This document shows positions 49,988-61,957 of a stretch of 64,000 bases of DNA, one piece after another. Source of the DNA: Desulfamplus sp. (lineage in GTDB: Bacteria > Desulfobacterota > Desulfobacteria > Desulfobacterales > Desulfobacteraceae); the NCBI GenBank assembly GCA_015232455.1, contig JADFZQ010000018.1:318-64317 (forward strand). The letters are read 5' to 3'. Below the pieces are notes generated by a model, which made no database searches, was not told the DNA's origin, and worked only from the letters and a program-made list of their open reading frames with translations. Numbering within the stretch: the stretch's first letter is position 1; every line of letters starts with the position of its first letter. Position numbers and translations under genes: made by a program.

Positions 49988-50493
49988 TAAAGTGTTTTTT
50001 TCATGCTTTTCTATCCTTGAGTCTAATTATGATACAAACCTCTATTATCCCATCTCTCCCTATTTTTTCTGGTTTTTTTGATATCATACTAATAGTTGTG
50101 CTTTTCCTATCTCTTATGTGTTCTAACTCTATCCTAATAATTGGAATAATTCTTGTCGGTTTTTTTATGGATAGCCTTTCTGATGCACCTTTAGGTTTAT
50201 ATACAGTTACCTATATATGGATATTTATACTTATACAATTTCTTAAAAGATTTATACATCGTGGTAATATTATCTTTCTCCCCTGTATAAGTGCCTTTTC
50301 TGTTACTATGGAAAATAGTTTTCTCTTTTTTTCATTTTTTGTTAGATATGGTCGTGATGCTATCTCAATAGAAGATATTGTTTTTGCTGGAAAACAGAGT
50401 GTTTGGGCTTTTTTTGTGATACCTATATCTATTGTTCTAATTCATGGAGTGCATAGTTTCTGTGATAAATTAGATTCAAAAGGTATTTTATGA
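49984..50493 (+). CDS. mreD: Rod shape-determining protein MreD
   Basis: Hydrophobic with DSLSDAPLG, between mreC and mrdA. Confidence 0.85.
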   Translation: MIKCFFHAFLSLSLIMIQTSIIPSLPIFSGFFDIILIVVLFLSLMCSNSILIIGIILVGFFMDSLSDAPLGLYTVTYIWIFILIQFLKRFIHRGNIIFLPCISAFSVTMENSFLFFSFFVRYGRDAISIEDIVFAGKQSVWAFFVIPISIVLIHGVHSFCDKLDSKGIL

Positions 50494-52337
50494 AGAATCC
50501 AGACAGGGAATGGCTGAAAAAAAGACTTATGAATGCAGCAATCATAATTTTAGCTGCTTTTTCTCTTCTACTGTTACGATTTGTCTATCTTCAAATTGTT
50601 GAAGGTGATGAGTATCGAAGGCTTTCAGAAAATAACTGTATCAGGCTTCAAAGCGTGCCTGCACCACGCGGTATGATTTATGATAGAAATGGTACTTTAT
50701 TGGTTGATAATATACCATCATTTGACTTAAAAATGGTATTGCAAGATGCAGAACCAGTTGATGAGACTATTGGAAAATTAGCTGAGTTTACTGAAATTGC
50801 TTTAGAAGAACTAATGGAACGAGTTGATGCTGGTAAAAAGGTCTCAATTTATAAACCAGTTGTATTAAAGAAAAATATTACAAGAGATCAGCTTGCTGTA
50901 GTGGAGGCACATGGTTTTGATCTACCAGGTGTCAGAGTAGAAATTGAGCCTATGCGTAATTACATATATAAAAAAAGTGCTGCTCACCTTATTGGTTATC
51001 TTGGCGAAGTCAATTCTCAAGAAATTGAGAATAACATTTACCCTGACGTGAAATCGGGCGATTCGATTGGCAGATATGGTGCAGAGAGGGCATTTGAACA
51101 TATTTTACATGGTAAAAGAGGCGGTAAACAGATCGAGGTAGATGCAAGTGGACGTTTAGTTCGTGTAATAAATACTGTTGAGCCAATTCCTGGTAAAAAT
51201 ATATTTTTGACTATTGATGCAACTCTCCAGCAAAAGACAGAGTCAATAATGGAAGGCCAAACTGGAGCAGTTGTTGCTATTGACCCTTCTAATGGCGATG
51301 TATTGGCTATGGTTAGCTCGCCTTCATTTGATCTTAATGATTTTATAGGTGGTATTTCAAGTGAAAAGTGGAAAGCTCTTATGTCAGACCCTGGTAAGCC
51401 AATGTCAAATAAAGCTATTCAAGGTGAATATCCTCCAGCATCTACATATAAAATTGTTACTTCAATCGCCGCACTTGAAGAAGGTGCATCAGATATACAT
51501 ACTACCTATTTTTGTCCTGGTTATTATAAATATGGTAACCGAACCTATCGTTGTTGGAAAAAATGGGGTCATGGTAGAGTTAATATTGTATCGGCTCTCG
51601 AAAAATCTTGTGATGTCTATTTTTACCGTTCTGGAGAGGCTCTTGGAGTTGATACCTTAGCTAAATATGCAAATGGATGCGGTCTTGGTAAGTTGACCCA
51701 TATTGAACTTGCTAATGAGCGTTCTGGTCTTATTCCTACGGCAGCATGGAAAAAGCGGCGATTTGGTAGTTCATGGCAAGGAGGAGAAACCTTATCAATA
51801 GCTATTGGTCAAGGGTTCAATTTAGTAACTCCTCTGCAAATGGCTATGTTTATTGCAGCAGTAGGTAATAATGGAACTATTTATCGCCCCAAAATATTAA
51901 AATTTACACAAGATTATAACGGCTCATTAGAGAGTCGTTTAGAGACAAAAAATGAAATATTGGGAGGTCTTCCAGCCAGTAAACAGACTCTTAAACTTGT
52001 TAAAGAGGGGCTTTTAAATGTTGTTGAAAGTGAAGGTGGCACAGCAAAACGAATTCGTATAGAAGGTATTGATATTGCAGGTAAGACAGGAACTGCCCAG
52101 GTATTTAGTCTTAAAAAAAGTGACAGAGATAGTAATCGTAAATTTGACCGTCATTTAAGAGATCATGCTTGGTTTGTCTGCTATGCACCTGCACAAAATC
52201 CCGTTATTGCAGTTTCAGTAATAATTGAGCATGGTGAACATGGTTCAACAGCTGCTGCACCTGTGGCAAGTGAAGTATTGCGAACATGGTTGCAAATTAA
52301 GGGAATGCTTCCTGGTGTTAAAGGTAAGACAATGTAA
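50490..52337 (+). CDS. mrdA: Penicillin-binding protein 2
   Basis: APRGMIYDRNG, SxxK (ASTYK), SCD and KTGT. Confidence 0.96.
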   Translation: MKNPDREWLKKRLMNAAIIILAAFSLLLLRFVYLQIVEGDEYRRLSENNCIRLQSVPAPRGMIYDRNGTLLVDNIPSFDLKMVLQDAEPVDETIGKLAEFTEIALEELMERVDAGKKVSIYKPVVLKKNITRDQLAVVEAHGFDLPGVRVEIEPMRNYIYKKSAAHLIGYLGEVNSQEIENNIYPDVKSGDSIGRYGAERAFEHILHGKRGGKQIEVDASGRLVRVINTVEPIPGKNIFLTIDATLQQKTESIMEGQTGAVVAIDPSNGDVLAMVSSPSFDLNDFIGGISSEKWKALMSDPGKPMSNKAIQGEYPPASTYKIVTSIAALEEGASDIHTTYFCPGYYKYGNRTYRCWKKWGHGRVNIVSALEKSCDVYFYRSGEALGVDTLAKYANGCGLGKLTHIELANERSGLIPTAAWKKRRFGSSWQGGETLSIAIGQGFNLVTPLQMAMFIAAVGNNGTIYRPKILKFTQDYNGSLESRLETKNEILGGLPASKQTLKLVKEGLLNVVESEGGTAKRIRIEGIDIAGKTGTAQVFSLKKSDRDSNRKFDRHLRDHAWFVCYAPAQNPVIAVSVIIEHGEHGSTAAAPVASEVLRTWLQIKGMLPGVKGKTM

Positions 52338-52425
52338 TGTGGGACAAATGATAATATACATATCTACTTGGGACTTTAATTTAAAAATATTTAGATAACG
52401 GATAACTTTTTTGTGGGTATTTTTT

Positions 52426-53535
52426 GTGTTTGATAGACGACTTATTGAAAATTTTGATTGGGGATTGATGCTAATTACCTGCTTAATTGGTATGGTAGGT
52501 CTATGTGTGCTTTATAGTGCTGTTAATGCTGGAGAGCCAGGAGGTCCTATGCATTTGCTTTTCCAAAAGCAGATGATTTGGATTGCTGGTAGCTTTGCTA
52601 TTGTGCTGCTTTCACTCTCTATTCCTTATAAATTATTCGATAGAGGAAGTTTTGTTGCATATATAATTTGTGTTGGACTTTTAGTTGCGGTATTGCTATT
52701 TGGTAAATATGTTGCTGGATCAAGACGTTGGCTTGCTTTAGGTCCATTAACCATGCAGCCATCAGAGCTTATGAAACTTTCATTGATTTTTGTGCTTGCA
52801 TCTGCATATTCAGGTATTATTTCTGAATCAGGACTTGCTTTTAAATATCTTATAAAGCCAGCTTTGCTTCTTTTTTTTCCTTTTATATTGATAATTCTTC
52901 AGCCGGACCTTGGAACAGCTCTACTTCTTCTTTTTATTGCAACTTCGATGACTCTCTTTGTTAAAGTTAAAAGAAGCGTATTTTTTTCATGTTTGATTGT
53001 AGCTATATCTGCGGTTCCTCTTGCATGGATGTTTGTTTTAAAAGAGTATCAAAAAGGTAGGGTACTCACATTTCTTGATCCAGACAGAGATCCTCTTGGT
53101 TCTGGTTATCACATTATTCAATCAAAAATTGCAATTGGCTCAGGAATGCTATCTGGTAAAGGTTTTTTGAAAGGTACTCAAAATGCTCTTGCATTTTTAC
53201 CTGAACACCATACTGATTTTATACTCTCTGTTTTAGCAGAGGAGTGGGGACTCATTGGGTGTTGCGTACTTCTATTCTTGTATTTTATGTTGCTTTTATG
53301 GGGGCTTAATATCGCTTACTGCTGTAGAGATATGTTCGGGTCTATTCTTGCATTTGGTATAACAATTATGATTTTTTGGCAAATTTTCATTAATGTCGGT
53401 ATGGTTATGGGGCTTATGCCTGTCGTTGGTGTCCCTCTTCCGTTGATAAGTTATGGTGGCTCTTCTGTTGTAACTAATATGATTGGAATAGGTGTGCTAT
53501 TAAATATTAGTATGCGTAGATTTGTTGTTGTTTGA
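52426..53535 (+). CDS. rodA: Rod shape-determining SEDS protein RodA
   Basis: QPSELMK, QPDLGT, LPEHHTDF and PLISYGGSS. GTG start giving MFDRRL is preferred over 52411. Confidence 0.96.
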   Translation: MFDRRLIENFDWGLMLITCLIGMVGLCVLYSAVNAGEPGGPMHLLFQKQMIWIAGSFAIVLLSLSIPYKLFDRGSFVAYIICVGLLVAVLLFGKYVAGSRRWLALGPLTMQPSELMKLSLIFVLASAYSGIISESGLAFKYLIKPALLLFFPFILIILQPDLGTALLLLFIATSMTLFVKVKRSVFFSCLIVAISAVPLAWMFVLKEYQKGRVLTFLDPDRDPLGSGYHIIQSKIAIGSGMLSGKGFLKGTQNALAFLPEHHTDFILSVLAEEWGLIGCCVLLFLYFMLLLWGLNIAYCCRDMFGSILAFGITIMIFWQIFINVGMVMGLMPVVGVPLPLISYGGSSVVTNMIGIGVLLNISMRRFVVV

Positions 53536-53856
53536 TAATACTAATCTGCTTTTGTCGTCTTGTCGAATTTTAAACTGCTATCAAGTCTATATTATAATAT
53601 TAAAAATCAGAATTAGCTATCAAGATGATTTGCATGTTGACAAAAAAGCATCTTGGTGATACTCAACTTTTTTGAATTTTTGCCTGTTTTTAATAGTCAT
53701 CAATAATTTCACTCAAAAATAGTTTAATAAAAAGTTTTTCTTTAATTACAGCTTGTTATATTTATTGTATTTAAGTCATATCTATTAAGAATTAGGTATG
53801 GCATAGTGAATAGTGTGTTGCATAATATTAATTATTAACTGGCGGAGGGAAAATCT

Positions 53857-54282
53857 ATGGTTAGTGTTGATGGGTCTCTGTTCATTCAGATCATCAATTT
53901 CCTTTTTCTCCTTTATGCCCTAAATCTGGTTCTATTTAAGCCTATCCGTAAAATTCTCCTTGAACGTAAGGAGAAGATTGACAGTCTTGAAAAAGGTGTC
54001 CAAAGCCTTTCATTAAAAGCTGTCGATAAGGATAATGCCTATAAAGAAGGTCTTAAAAAAGCCAGAGCAGAAGGACTCAAACATAAAGAGACTTTTGTGG
54101 AACAGGCATCAAAGGAAGAGAAAGAGATACTTGACAGAATTAACAAAAAGGCTCAGGCAAACCTTGCGGCAATTCGTAGTCAGGTAGCTGACGAGACTGA
54201 AAAGGCTCGGCTTGCACTGGAAAAAGAGGTTGATATTTTTGCCAAAGCAATTGGCGAAAAAATACTTGGGAGGGCGTGTTAA
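53857..54282 (+). CDS. atpF: ATP synthase Fo subunit b'
   Basis: N-terminal TM plus LFKPI...RKEKI coiled coil; first of two b-type genes. Confidence 0.9.
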   Translation: MVSVDGSLFIQIINFLFLLYALNLVLFKPIRKILLERKEKIDSLEKGVQSLSLKAVDKDNAYKEGLKKARAEGLKHKETFVEQASKEEKEILDRINKKAQANLAAIRSQVADETEKARLALEKEVDIFAKAIGEKILGRAC

Positions 54283-54884
54283 TGAAAATTGAAGAAACAA
54301 TGAAAAGCCTTTTCACAACAACTCTTCCTGTTGCTTCAGCCATATTTTTTGTATTTGCAGGTATCGCTTTAGCCTCTTCTGGAGGCGGACATGAAGCTGC
54401 ACCAAAGGGCTGGGTGGCAACAGATACCTATAAAGTTCTTAACTTTCTTGTGCTTGCAGGGGTGCTTTTTTACATTGCAAGGAAGCCGGTTGCACAGTTT
54501 TTTTCATCACGTATAAAAGATATTCAAGGGCAACTTGCAGACCTTGAACAAAAAAAGACAGATGCACAGAAGATGCTATCTGAGTACGAAAATAAAATTG
54601 CAGAGTTAAGCAAAGAGTCTGAAAAAATTGTGCAAGATTATGTTCGTCAGGGAGAAGATGCAAAAAAAAGAATTCTTGCTGAGGCTGAAGCACAGGCTCT
54701 AAAACTTGAAGAGAGTGCCAAACGCAATATTGAGCAAGAATTTAAAGCTGCAAAAGCCAAATTACAGCAAGAGATTGCTGAAAAAGCCCTTGCACAGGCA
54801 GAACTGCTTGTAAAGGAATCAATATCTTCTGAAGATCAAGATAGATTAGTTGATGAATATTTGGATAAGGTGGTGGCATCATGA
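54282..54884 (+). CDS. atpF: ATP synthase Fo subunit b
   Basis: YKVLNFLVL...RKPVAQFFSSR...; TAATG overlap with b'. Confidence 0.9.
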   Translation: MKIEETMKSLFTTTLPVASAIFFVFAGIALASSGGGHEAAPKGWVATDTYKVLNFLVLAGVLFYIARKPVAQFFSSRIKDIQGQLADLEQKKTDAQKMLSEYENKIAELSKESEKIVQDYVRQGEDAKKRILAEAEAQALKLEESAKRNIEQEFKAAKAKLQQEIAEKALAQAELLVKESISSEDQDRLVDEYLDKVVAS

Positions 54885-55432
54885 AAAATTTAGCTGTTGC
54901 AAGGCGTTATGCCAAAGCGTTGATGCTTATCGGTAAAGAAGATGGTCAAGCAGAGAAATATACAGATGAGCTTGAATCTTTTGTTTCACTTTTTAATAGC
55001 AGTGTTGAGCTTGAAAAAGCTATAACAAATCCACTGTTTGATAGAAATGACAGAAGGCATGTTCTTGCTGCTGTTCTTGAAAAGACAGACTCTTCTCGCA
55101 TCATCAAATCCTTTATGATGTTGCTTTTTGATAAGGGACGTATTGGATTTTTGCGTGAGATTTGTCAATTTTATAAAAAACTTGCTGATGAGTTAAAGGG
55201 TGTTGTCCATGCGACTTTGGTTTCTGCAACACAGTTGTCTTACGAGGCAACTGAGAAGATAAGAGAGGGACTTGCCAAGAGAACTGGTAAGGATATTATC
55301 TTGGATGTTGAACAGGACCCAGCTCTTATTGGTGGAATTATTACAAAGATAGGAGACCTTGTTCTGGACGGCAGTGTAAAAACTCAACTGTTCAATATGA
55401 GAGAAACATTAAAAAGAGGTGAAATGGTCTAA
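54881..55432 (+). CDS. atpH: ATP synthase F1 subunit delta
   Basis: ARRYAKAL and DPALIGG...DGSVKTQL. Confidence 0.95.
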   Translation: MKNLAVARRYAKALMLIGKEDGQAEKYTDELESFVSLFNSSVELEKAITNPLFDRNDRRHVLAAVLEKTDSSRIIKSFMMLLFDKGRIGFLREICQFYKKLADELKGVVHATLVSATQLSYEATEKIREGLAKRTGKDIILDVEQDPALIGGIITKIGDLVLDGSVKTQLFNMRETLKRGEMV

Positions 55433-56946
55433 TGGAAATAAGAGCTGAAGAGATAAGCCAGATTATAAAAGAGCAGATAAGAGATTTTGATAAAGAGGTG
55501 GAGTTAAGCGAAACGGGCGTGGTTCTATCCGTAGGTGATGGTATTGCCCGCGTTTATGGGCTTGAAAAGGTAAAGGCGATGGAACTTGTTGAGTTCCCAG
55601 GCGGTATTCTCGGTCTTGCCCTTAACCTTGAAGAGGATAACGTTGGTATTGCTATTCTTGGTGAAGACAAGAAGATTAAAGAAGGCGATATTGTAAAAAG
55701 AACTGATCGTATCGCCTCTGTTCCGGTAGGTGAAGCTGTTCTTGGTCGTGTTGTTACAACTACAGGTGAGCCAATTGATGGCAAAGGTCCAATCAATGCT
55801 ACAGCAACTATGAATATGGAGCTTGTTGCTCCTGGTGTTATTGCAAGAAAATCTGTGCATGAACCGTGCTATACTGGTTCAAAAGCTGTTGATGGTATGA
55901 CTCCTGTTGGAAGAGGTCAGCGTGAGCTTATCATTGGTGACCGTCAGATTGGAAAAACTGCTATTGCAGTTGATGCCATTATTGCACAGAAAAATACTGA
56001 TGTTAAATGTATCTATGTTGCCTGCGGTCAGAAAAAATCTACAGTTGCACAGGTTGTAGCAGCACTTGAAGAGCATGGTGCAATGGAATACACAACAGTT
56101 GTTGTTGCAAGTGCAAGCGAGCCGGCAGCTATGCAGTATCTTGCTCCTTATGCAGGATGTGCAATGGGTGAATATTTCCGTGATAAAGGTGAACATGCCC
56201 TCATTATTTATGACGACCTTTCAAAACAGGCAGCAGCTTACCGTCAGGTATCTCTGCTTCTAAGACGCCCACCAGGACGTGAAGCATTCCCTGGAGATAT
56301 TTTCTACAACCACTCTCGTCTGCTTGAGCGTTCTGCAAAACTTTCTGACGAACTTGGTGCGGGCTCATTGACAGCACTTCCAATTATTGAGACTCAAGAA
56401 GGTGACGTTTCCGCATTTATTCCAACTAATGTTATCTCAATTACAGATGGTCAGATTTATCTTGATAAGGGATTATTCTTCTCAGGTATTAGACCAGCAA
56501 TTGACGTAGGTCTCTCTGTTTCCCGCGTAGGTGGTGCTGCACAGGTTAAAGCTATGAAACAGGTTGCTGGAACCTTGAGGCTCGACCTTGCTCAATATCG
56601 CGAACTTGAGGCATTTGCTGCATTTGGAAGTGATCTTGATGCTGCTACACAAAGGCAGCTTACTCGTGGTGAAAGGCTTGTTGAAATTTTGAAACAGCCA
56701 CAGTTTCAGCCACTTCCAATGGAAAAAGAGGTTCTTATTCTTTATGCAGGTACCAGAGGGTATCTTGATAAATACCCAAAAGCTGCTTTGACAAAATATG
56801 AAAAAGGTCTCTATGCATTTGTTGAGAATAGGTTCCCTGATGTATTGACATCACTTGCAGACAAAAAACAGATCACAGCCGATATTGAAGCCAAAATGAA
56901 AAAAGCCCTTGAAGCTTATGACGAAGAGTTCAAAGAAACTGTGTAG
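55432..56946 (+). CDS. atpA: ATP synthase F1 subunit alpha
   Basis: [16 protein letters not shown] and [10 protein letters not shown]. Confidence 0.98.
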   Translation: MEIRAEEISQIIKEQIRDFDKEVELSETGVVLSVGDGIARVYGLEKVKAMELVEFPGGILGLALNLEEDNVGIAILGEDKKIKEGDIVKRTDRIASVPVGEAVLGRVVTTTGEPIDGKGPINATATMNMELVAPGVIARKSVHEPCYTGSKAVDGMTPVGRGQRELIIGDRQIGKTAIAVDAIIAQKNTDVKCIYVACGQKKSTVAQVVAALEEHGAMEYTTVVVASASEPAAMQYLAPYAGCAMGEYFRDKGEHALIIYDDLSKQAAAYRQVSLLLRRPPGREAFPGDIFYNHSRLLERSAKLSDELGAGSLTALPIIETQEGDVSAFIPTNVISITDGQIYLDKGLFFSGIRPAIDVGLSVSRVGGAAQVKAMKQVAGTLRLDLAQYRELEAFAAFGSDLDAATQRQLTRGERLVEILKQPQFQPLPMEKEVLILYAGTRGYLDKYPKAALTKYEKGLYAFVENRFPDVLTSLADKKQITADIEAKMKKALEAYDEEFKETV

Positions 56947-57068
56947 ATTGCTAAAATATTATATTGCAAATAGTTAAACACTATTTATGATAAATAGTGC
57001 AACATATTGATATTACTTAGAATTCTTTATAGTATTTTTATTAACTCAAAGGCTTTAAAGGTAGATTT

Positions 57069-57971
57069 ATGGCAACGTTAAAGGAAGTCAAAACAAAGAT
57101 AAGCAGTGTAAAGAAGACCAAGCAGATCACCTCTGCCATGAAAATGGTTGCTACTTCCAGACTGCGCGGTGCCCAGGAGAGCATGGAGGCTTTTAAACCT
57201 TATGCATCAAAGTTTGCTGAAGTGCTCGGAAGCATTGCTGGGAAAGCTGGCGAAGAGGCAAGTCCTCTTCTAGTGCCAAAGGAAGAGGTAAAAAAGGTGA
57301 GCGTAATTCTCTGCACATCAGACAGAGGACTTTGCGGTGGTTTTAATGTTAATCTTATCGAAAAAGCTGATAAATTTATCAAAAACAACCTTGCTGGCAA
57401 GGAAGTGTCATTGACTTGCTTTGGAAAAAAAGGCAGAGATTGGGCAAAAAAAGTCCCAATGGCAATTGATGACCAATATATTGGGGTTGTAGGTGGTAAA
57501 TTTGATTTCAGCGTGGCATCAACTTCAGGACAAAAACTTATTAATCGTTTTCTTGAAGGAGCTGTTGACGAGGTATATCTGGTATATTCACATTTTAAGA
57601 GCATGGCAAGGCAAGAACCTGTTATAAAACAGCTTTTGCCTATTCCTTCGCTTGATGAGATGGCAAAAAATGATGCTGCCCCTGAGGCAGGTAAAGATGC
57701 TGCATATCTTGCAGAGCATATCTGTGAGCCATCATCAGATGTTTTGCTCGGAGAGATGCTTCCAAAGAATATTTTCATTCAGATATATGATGCACTGCTT
57801 CAGACCTCAACCAGTGAACATGGTGCAAGAATGAAGGCAATGGAAAATGCCACCAAGGCGTGTCAGGATATGATTGGCGAATTAAAAACTATTTTTAATA
57901 AGAGACGCCAATCAGGCATTACATCAGATCTGATGGATATTGTGGGGGGTGCTGAGGCACTTAAAGGGTAA
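57069..57971 (+). CDS. atpG: ATP synthase F1 subunit gamma
   Basis: QITSAMKMVA, SDRGLCGGFN and SEHGARMKAM. Confidence 0.98.
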   Translation: MATLKEVKTKISSVKKTKQITSAMKMVATSRLRGAQESMEAFKPYASKFAEVLGSIAGKAGEEASPLLVPKEEVKKVSVILCTSDRGLCGGFNVNLIEKADKFIKNNLAGKEVSLTCFGKKGRDWAKKVPMAIDDQYIGVVGGKFDFSVASTSGQKLINRFLEGAVDEVYLVYSHFKSMARQEPVIKQLLPIPSLDEMAKNDAAPEAGKDAAYLAEHICEPSSDVLLGEMLPKNIFIQIYDALLQTSTSEHGARMKAMENATKACQDMIGELKTIFNKRRQSGITSDLMDIVGGAEALKG

Positions 57972-58029
57972 TTTGACCTCATATATATTAATCTTAAATG
58001 ATAACTTTTTGAATATACAGAGAATTTAA

Positions 58030-59469
<1,440 letters not shown>

Positions 59470-59482
59470 TACAGGGGGTAAA

Positions 59483-59890
59483 ATGGCTGAAAATATATTT
59501 TTGGAAGTAGTTACCCCTTCAAAGGCTGTTGTCAGTGAAGAAGCTCAAATTGTTGTAGCTCCTGGTTCAGAAGGTGAATTTGGAGTTCTTAAAGGACACA
59601 CTACCTTTTTGACATCACTGAAACTTGGCTCTCTCCGGTATAAAGATAGCTCTGGACAAGAGAGAGTGGTCTTTGTCAGCGGTGGCTTTGCAGAGGTTCT
59701 TCCAAACAAAGTAACGGTTCTGGCAGAATCAGCGGAGAGAAGAAAAGACATTGATGTTGACAGGGCAAAACGAGCTAAAGATAGAGCTGAAAAGAGATTG
59801 TCCTCTGGTTCTGCTGACATTGATTTTGTAAGAGCTGAAGCTGCCTTGAGAAGGGCTATTCATAGACTTTCAATAAAAGGTGTTGCCTGA
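59483..59890 (+). CDS. atpC: ATP synthase F1 subunit epsilon
   Basis: EVVTP, GEFGVLKGH and VSGGFAEV. Confidence 0.97.
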   Translation: MAENIFLEVVTPSKAVVSEEAQIVVAPGSEGEFGVLKGHTTFLTSLKLGSLRYKDSSGQERVVFVSGGFAEVLPNKVTVLAESAERRKDIDVDRAKRAKDRAEKRLSSGSADIDFVRAEAALRRAIHRLSIKGVA

Positions 59891-59983
59891 TTTTATGATA
59901 TTGTGAAGTTATAAAAGCTATTTTTATAAAATTGTATAGTTACTTATAACGAACAAATCTTATTCAGGGATTGATCAAATATT

Positions 59984-60022
59984 GAGGGATACTCGTAAAT
60001 CAAAGGGTATCCCTCTTTTTTT
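59984..60022 (+). terminator. Rho-independent terminator of the atp operon
   Basis: GAGGGATAC / GTATCCCTC stem followed by T7. Confidence 0.8.
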
Positions 60023-60119
60023 AATCTTATAACGTAAAAATAATTTTTTATATTATAGGTATTATCTCTATTTTTGACTTTAATCATAAAAGTTAAACTC
60101 TAATTATAGGTATTTTATA

Positions 60120-60869
60120 ATGGATATAACAAAAATTGCGGTTATTATACTTGCGGCTGGTAAAGGTACAAGGATGAAATCAGAGCTTCCTAAAGTGCTG
60201 CATAAAATTAATGGTCAAAGTATGATAAACCTAGTTCTTAGCTGTGCGTCTTCTATATTTGATAAAAAAAATATTATTGTTGTAGTTGGGCATAAGTCAG
60301 AACTAGTTAAAGAAGAGATAAATAGTAGATTTGAAGTGTTTTACGCATTACAAGAAAGGCTTATTGGAACAGGTGATGCTGTAAGGAGTGCAATTCCTTT
60401 TTTGCAAAGTGATATTAATCATGTTGTTATATTATGCGGTGATGTGCCTTTAATTAAAAGAGATACCATTTTAAATTTTGCTCATTATCACGTTAAAAAC
60501 AACCATGATATATCCTTACTTGGTGTAACTGTTGAACAGCCAAAAGGATATGGTAGGCTTATATTTAATGAACATAATAAGCTAACCGCTATATGTGAAG
60601 AAGCTGACGCAACTGCTGAAGAGAAAAAAATAAACACTGTAAATTCAGGAATATATTGCATAAAAAAGGAATTTTTAATTTATGCACTTGATTTAATAGA
60701 TACAGATAATGTACAGAATGAGTATTATTTAACAGATTTGGTTTCTATAGCGTCTCGACAAAAAAGTTCTATAGGTTGCTTTATTGGTAATAATCCTTCT
60801 GAAGTTATTGGTGTAAATACTGTAGAAGAGTTGGAAAAAGCAGAGCAGATGCTTAATAAATTATCTTGA
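60120..60869 (+). CDS. GlmU-like uridyltransferase domain only (no hexapeptide acetyltransferase domain)
   Basis: LAAGKGTRMKSELPKVLH, GTGDAV, GDVP, GYGR, NSGIY and EYYLTD; stops at 249 aa. Confidence 0.85.
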   Translation: MDITKIAVIILAAGKGTRMKSELPKVLHKINGQSMINLVLSCASSIFDKKNIIVVVGHKSELVKEEINSRFEVFYALQERLIGTGDAVRSAIPFLQSDINHVVILCGDVPLIKRDTILNFAHYHVKNNHDISLLGVTVEQPKGYGRLIFNEHNKLTAICEEADATAEEKKINTVNSGIYCIKKEFLIYALDLIDTDNVQNEYYLTDLVSIASRQKSSIGCFIGNNPSEVIGVNTVEELEKAEQMLNKLS

Positions 60870-60923
60870 CTTTGTGAAATGCTATGAATTATATTTGACC
60901 ATAAGATTTGTGAGGTAGTTGAA

Positions 60924-61166
60924 GTGGAAAATGAAGCAATAGATAAAAAGTTTAATGATATTGACGAGAAAGTCGATTTTATAATAGAGCTGTGTCAGAC
61001 CTTACAGGCTGAAAACGCCGAGTTGACATCAAAGGTTGAAATTCTTGAATCTGAACTTAAAGAAAAAAGGGAAAAAGAGAGCCTTCAAATTGAGCAGCAA
61101 TCTGCTATACAGTTAAAGATAGATAAGTTGCTATCTAAACTTGATAACTTTTCCGAGATTCTTTAA
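60924..61166 (+). CDS. zapB: Cell division protein ZapB-like coiled coil
   Basis: 80-aa coiled coil directly upstream of zapA; GTG start. Confidence 0.7.
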   Translation: MENEAIDKKFNDIDEKVDFIIELCQTLQAENAELTSKVEILESELKEKREKESLQIEQQSAIQLKIDKLLSKLDNFSEIL

Positions 61167-61171
61167 AGAAG

Positions 61172-61513
61172 ATGTCGTATATAGAAGCTAAAGGGTCTAT
61201 AGGTATGGAGAGGTCAATTGATGGAGTTATAACTATTGACCTATACGGTATAAAATTCAGATTTAAGCCTGATAGTAATGTTGAGAATCCTGAGCAAATT
61301 ATTGATGAGCTTCATCAATATGTTGTAAATGCAGAAAAGCATATTAAATATACAGGTTCGGATAGAAATAGATTAGCAATTCTTCTATTAGCTGCTATGA
61401 ACTTATCCAATGATTTTCGTCAGCTTAAATTGCAATATGAGCGTTTTGAATCTAAAGTAATGGATAGAGCGGCATCATTGCTGGATAAAATTGAACATGA
61501 AATCTGTGATTGA
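61172..61513 (+). CDS. zapA: Cell division protein ZapA
   Basis: IDLYG...AILLLAAMNL pattern, in the zapA-6S-rny context. Confidence 0.8.
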   Translation: MSYIEAKGSIGMERSIDGVITIDLYGIKFRFKPDSNVENPEQIIDELHQYVVNAEKHIKYTGSDRNRLAILLLAAMNLSNDFRQLKLQYERFESKVMDRAASLLDKIEHEICD

Positions 61514-61599
61514 CTTTGTATAGTATCTGTTATTATAAATTTTGAAGTCGAATTTTTAATTCTTATTGACTTTGAGATAATCGTTTTTAAGAGTTTGAC

Positions 61600-61781
61600 A
61601 CCCCTGCTATGTTTGTGATTGCATTATGTCCTTTGCCTAACATTACAAAAAAAGGGTCTTCACTCTGATACCGGTGTGCATATTCCTTCAATAAGATGGA
61701 AAAGCCTAAAAGTATTACTGGAGAGCCATATATTGAACCTTCGGTTCAAAGACATCGGCAACACGGCACAATGTGGGGGTT
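61600..61781 (+). ncRNA. ssrS: 6S RNA
   Basis: About 180 nt between zapA and rny. The 5' ACCCCTGC..GTTTGTG pairs with 3' CACGGCACAATGTGGGGGT, with an internal TTGAACCTTCGGTTCAA hairpin. Confidence 0.8.
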
Positions 61782-61957
61782 TTACAATATCCTCAAAATT
61801 TACCTTCATTCCTTCTAAGTATAAAAAATACTTCCTTTTTCCTCCCAAATTGTATTATGAAGTTTAATTTACCTTAAATATTTTGTTCCTTTTGTTATTT
61901 TAAACTTTAGCAAGGTTTATTTCAACCATATACGCAATATTAGGAGAGCATAGATTA

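Noticed and set aside
61619-61867. Two short ORFs between zapA and rny
   Set aside because: They overlap the 6S RNA and have no protein-like features.
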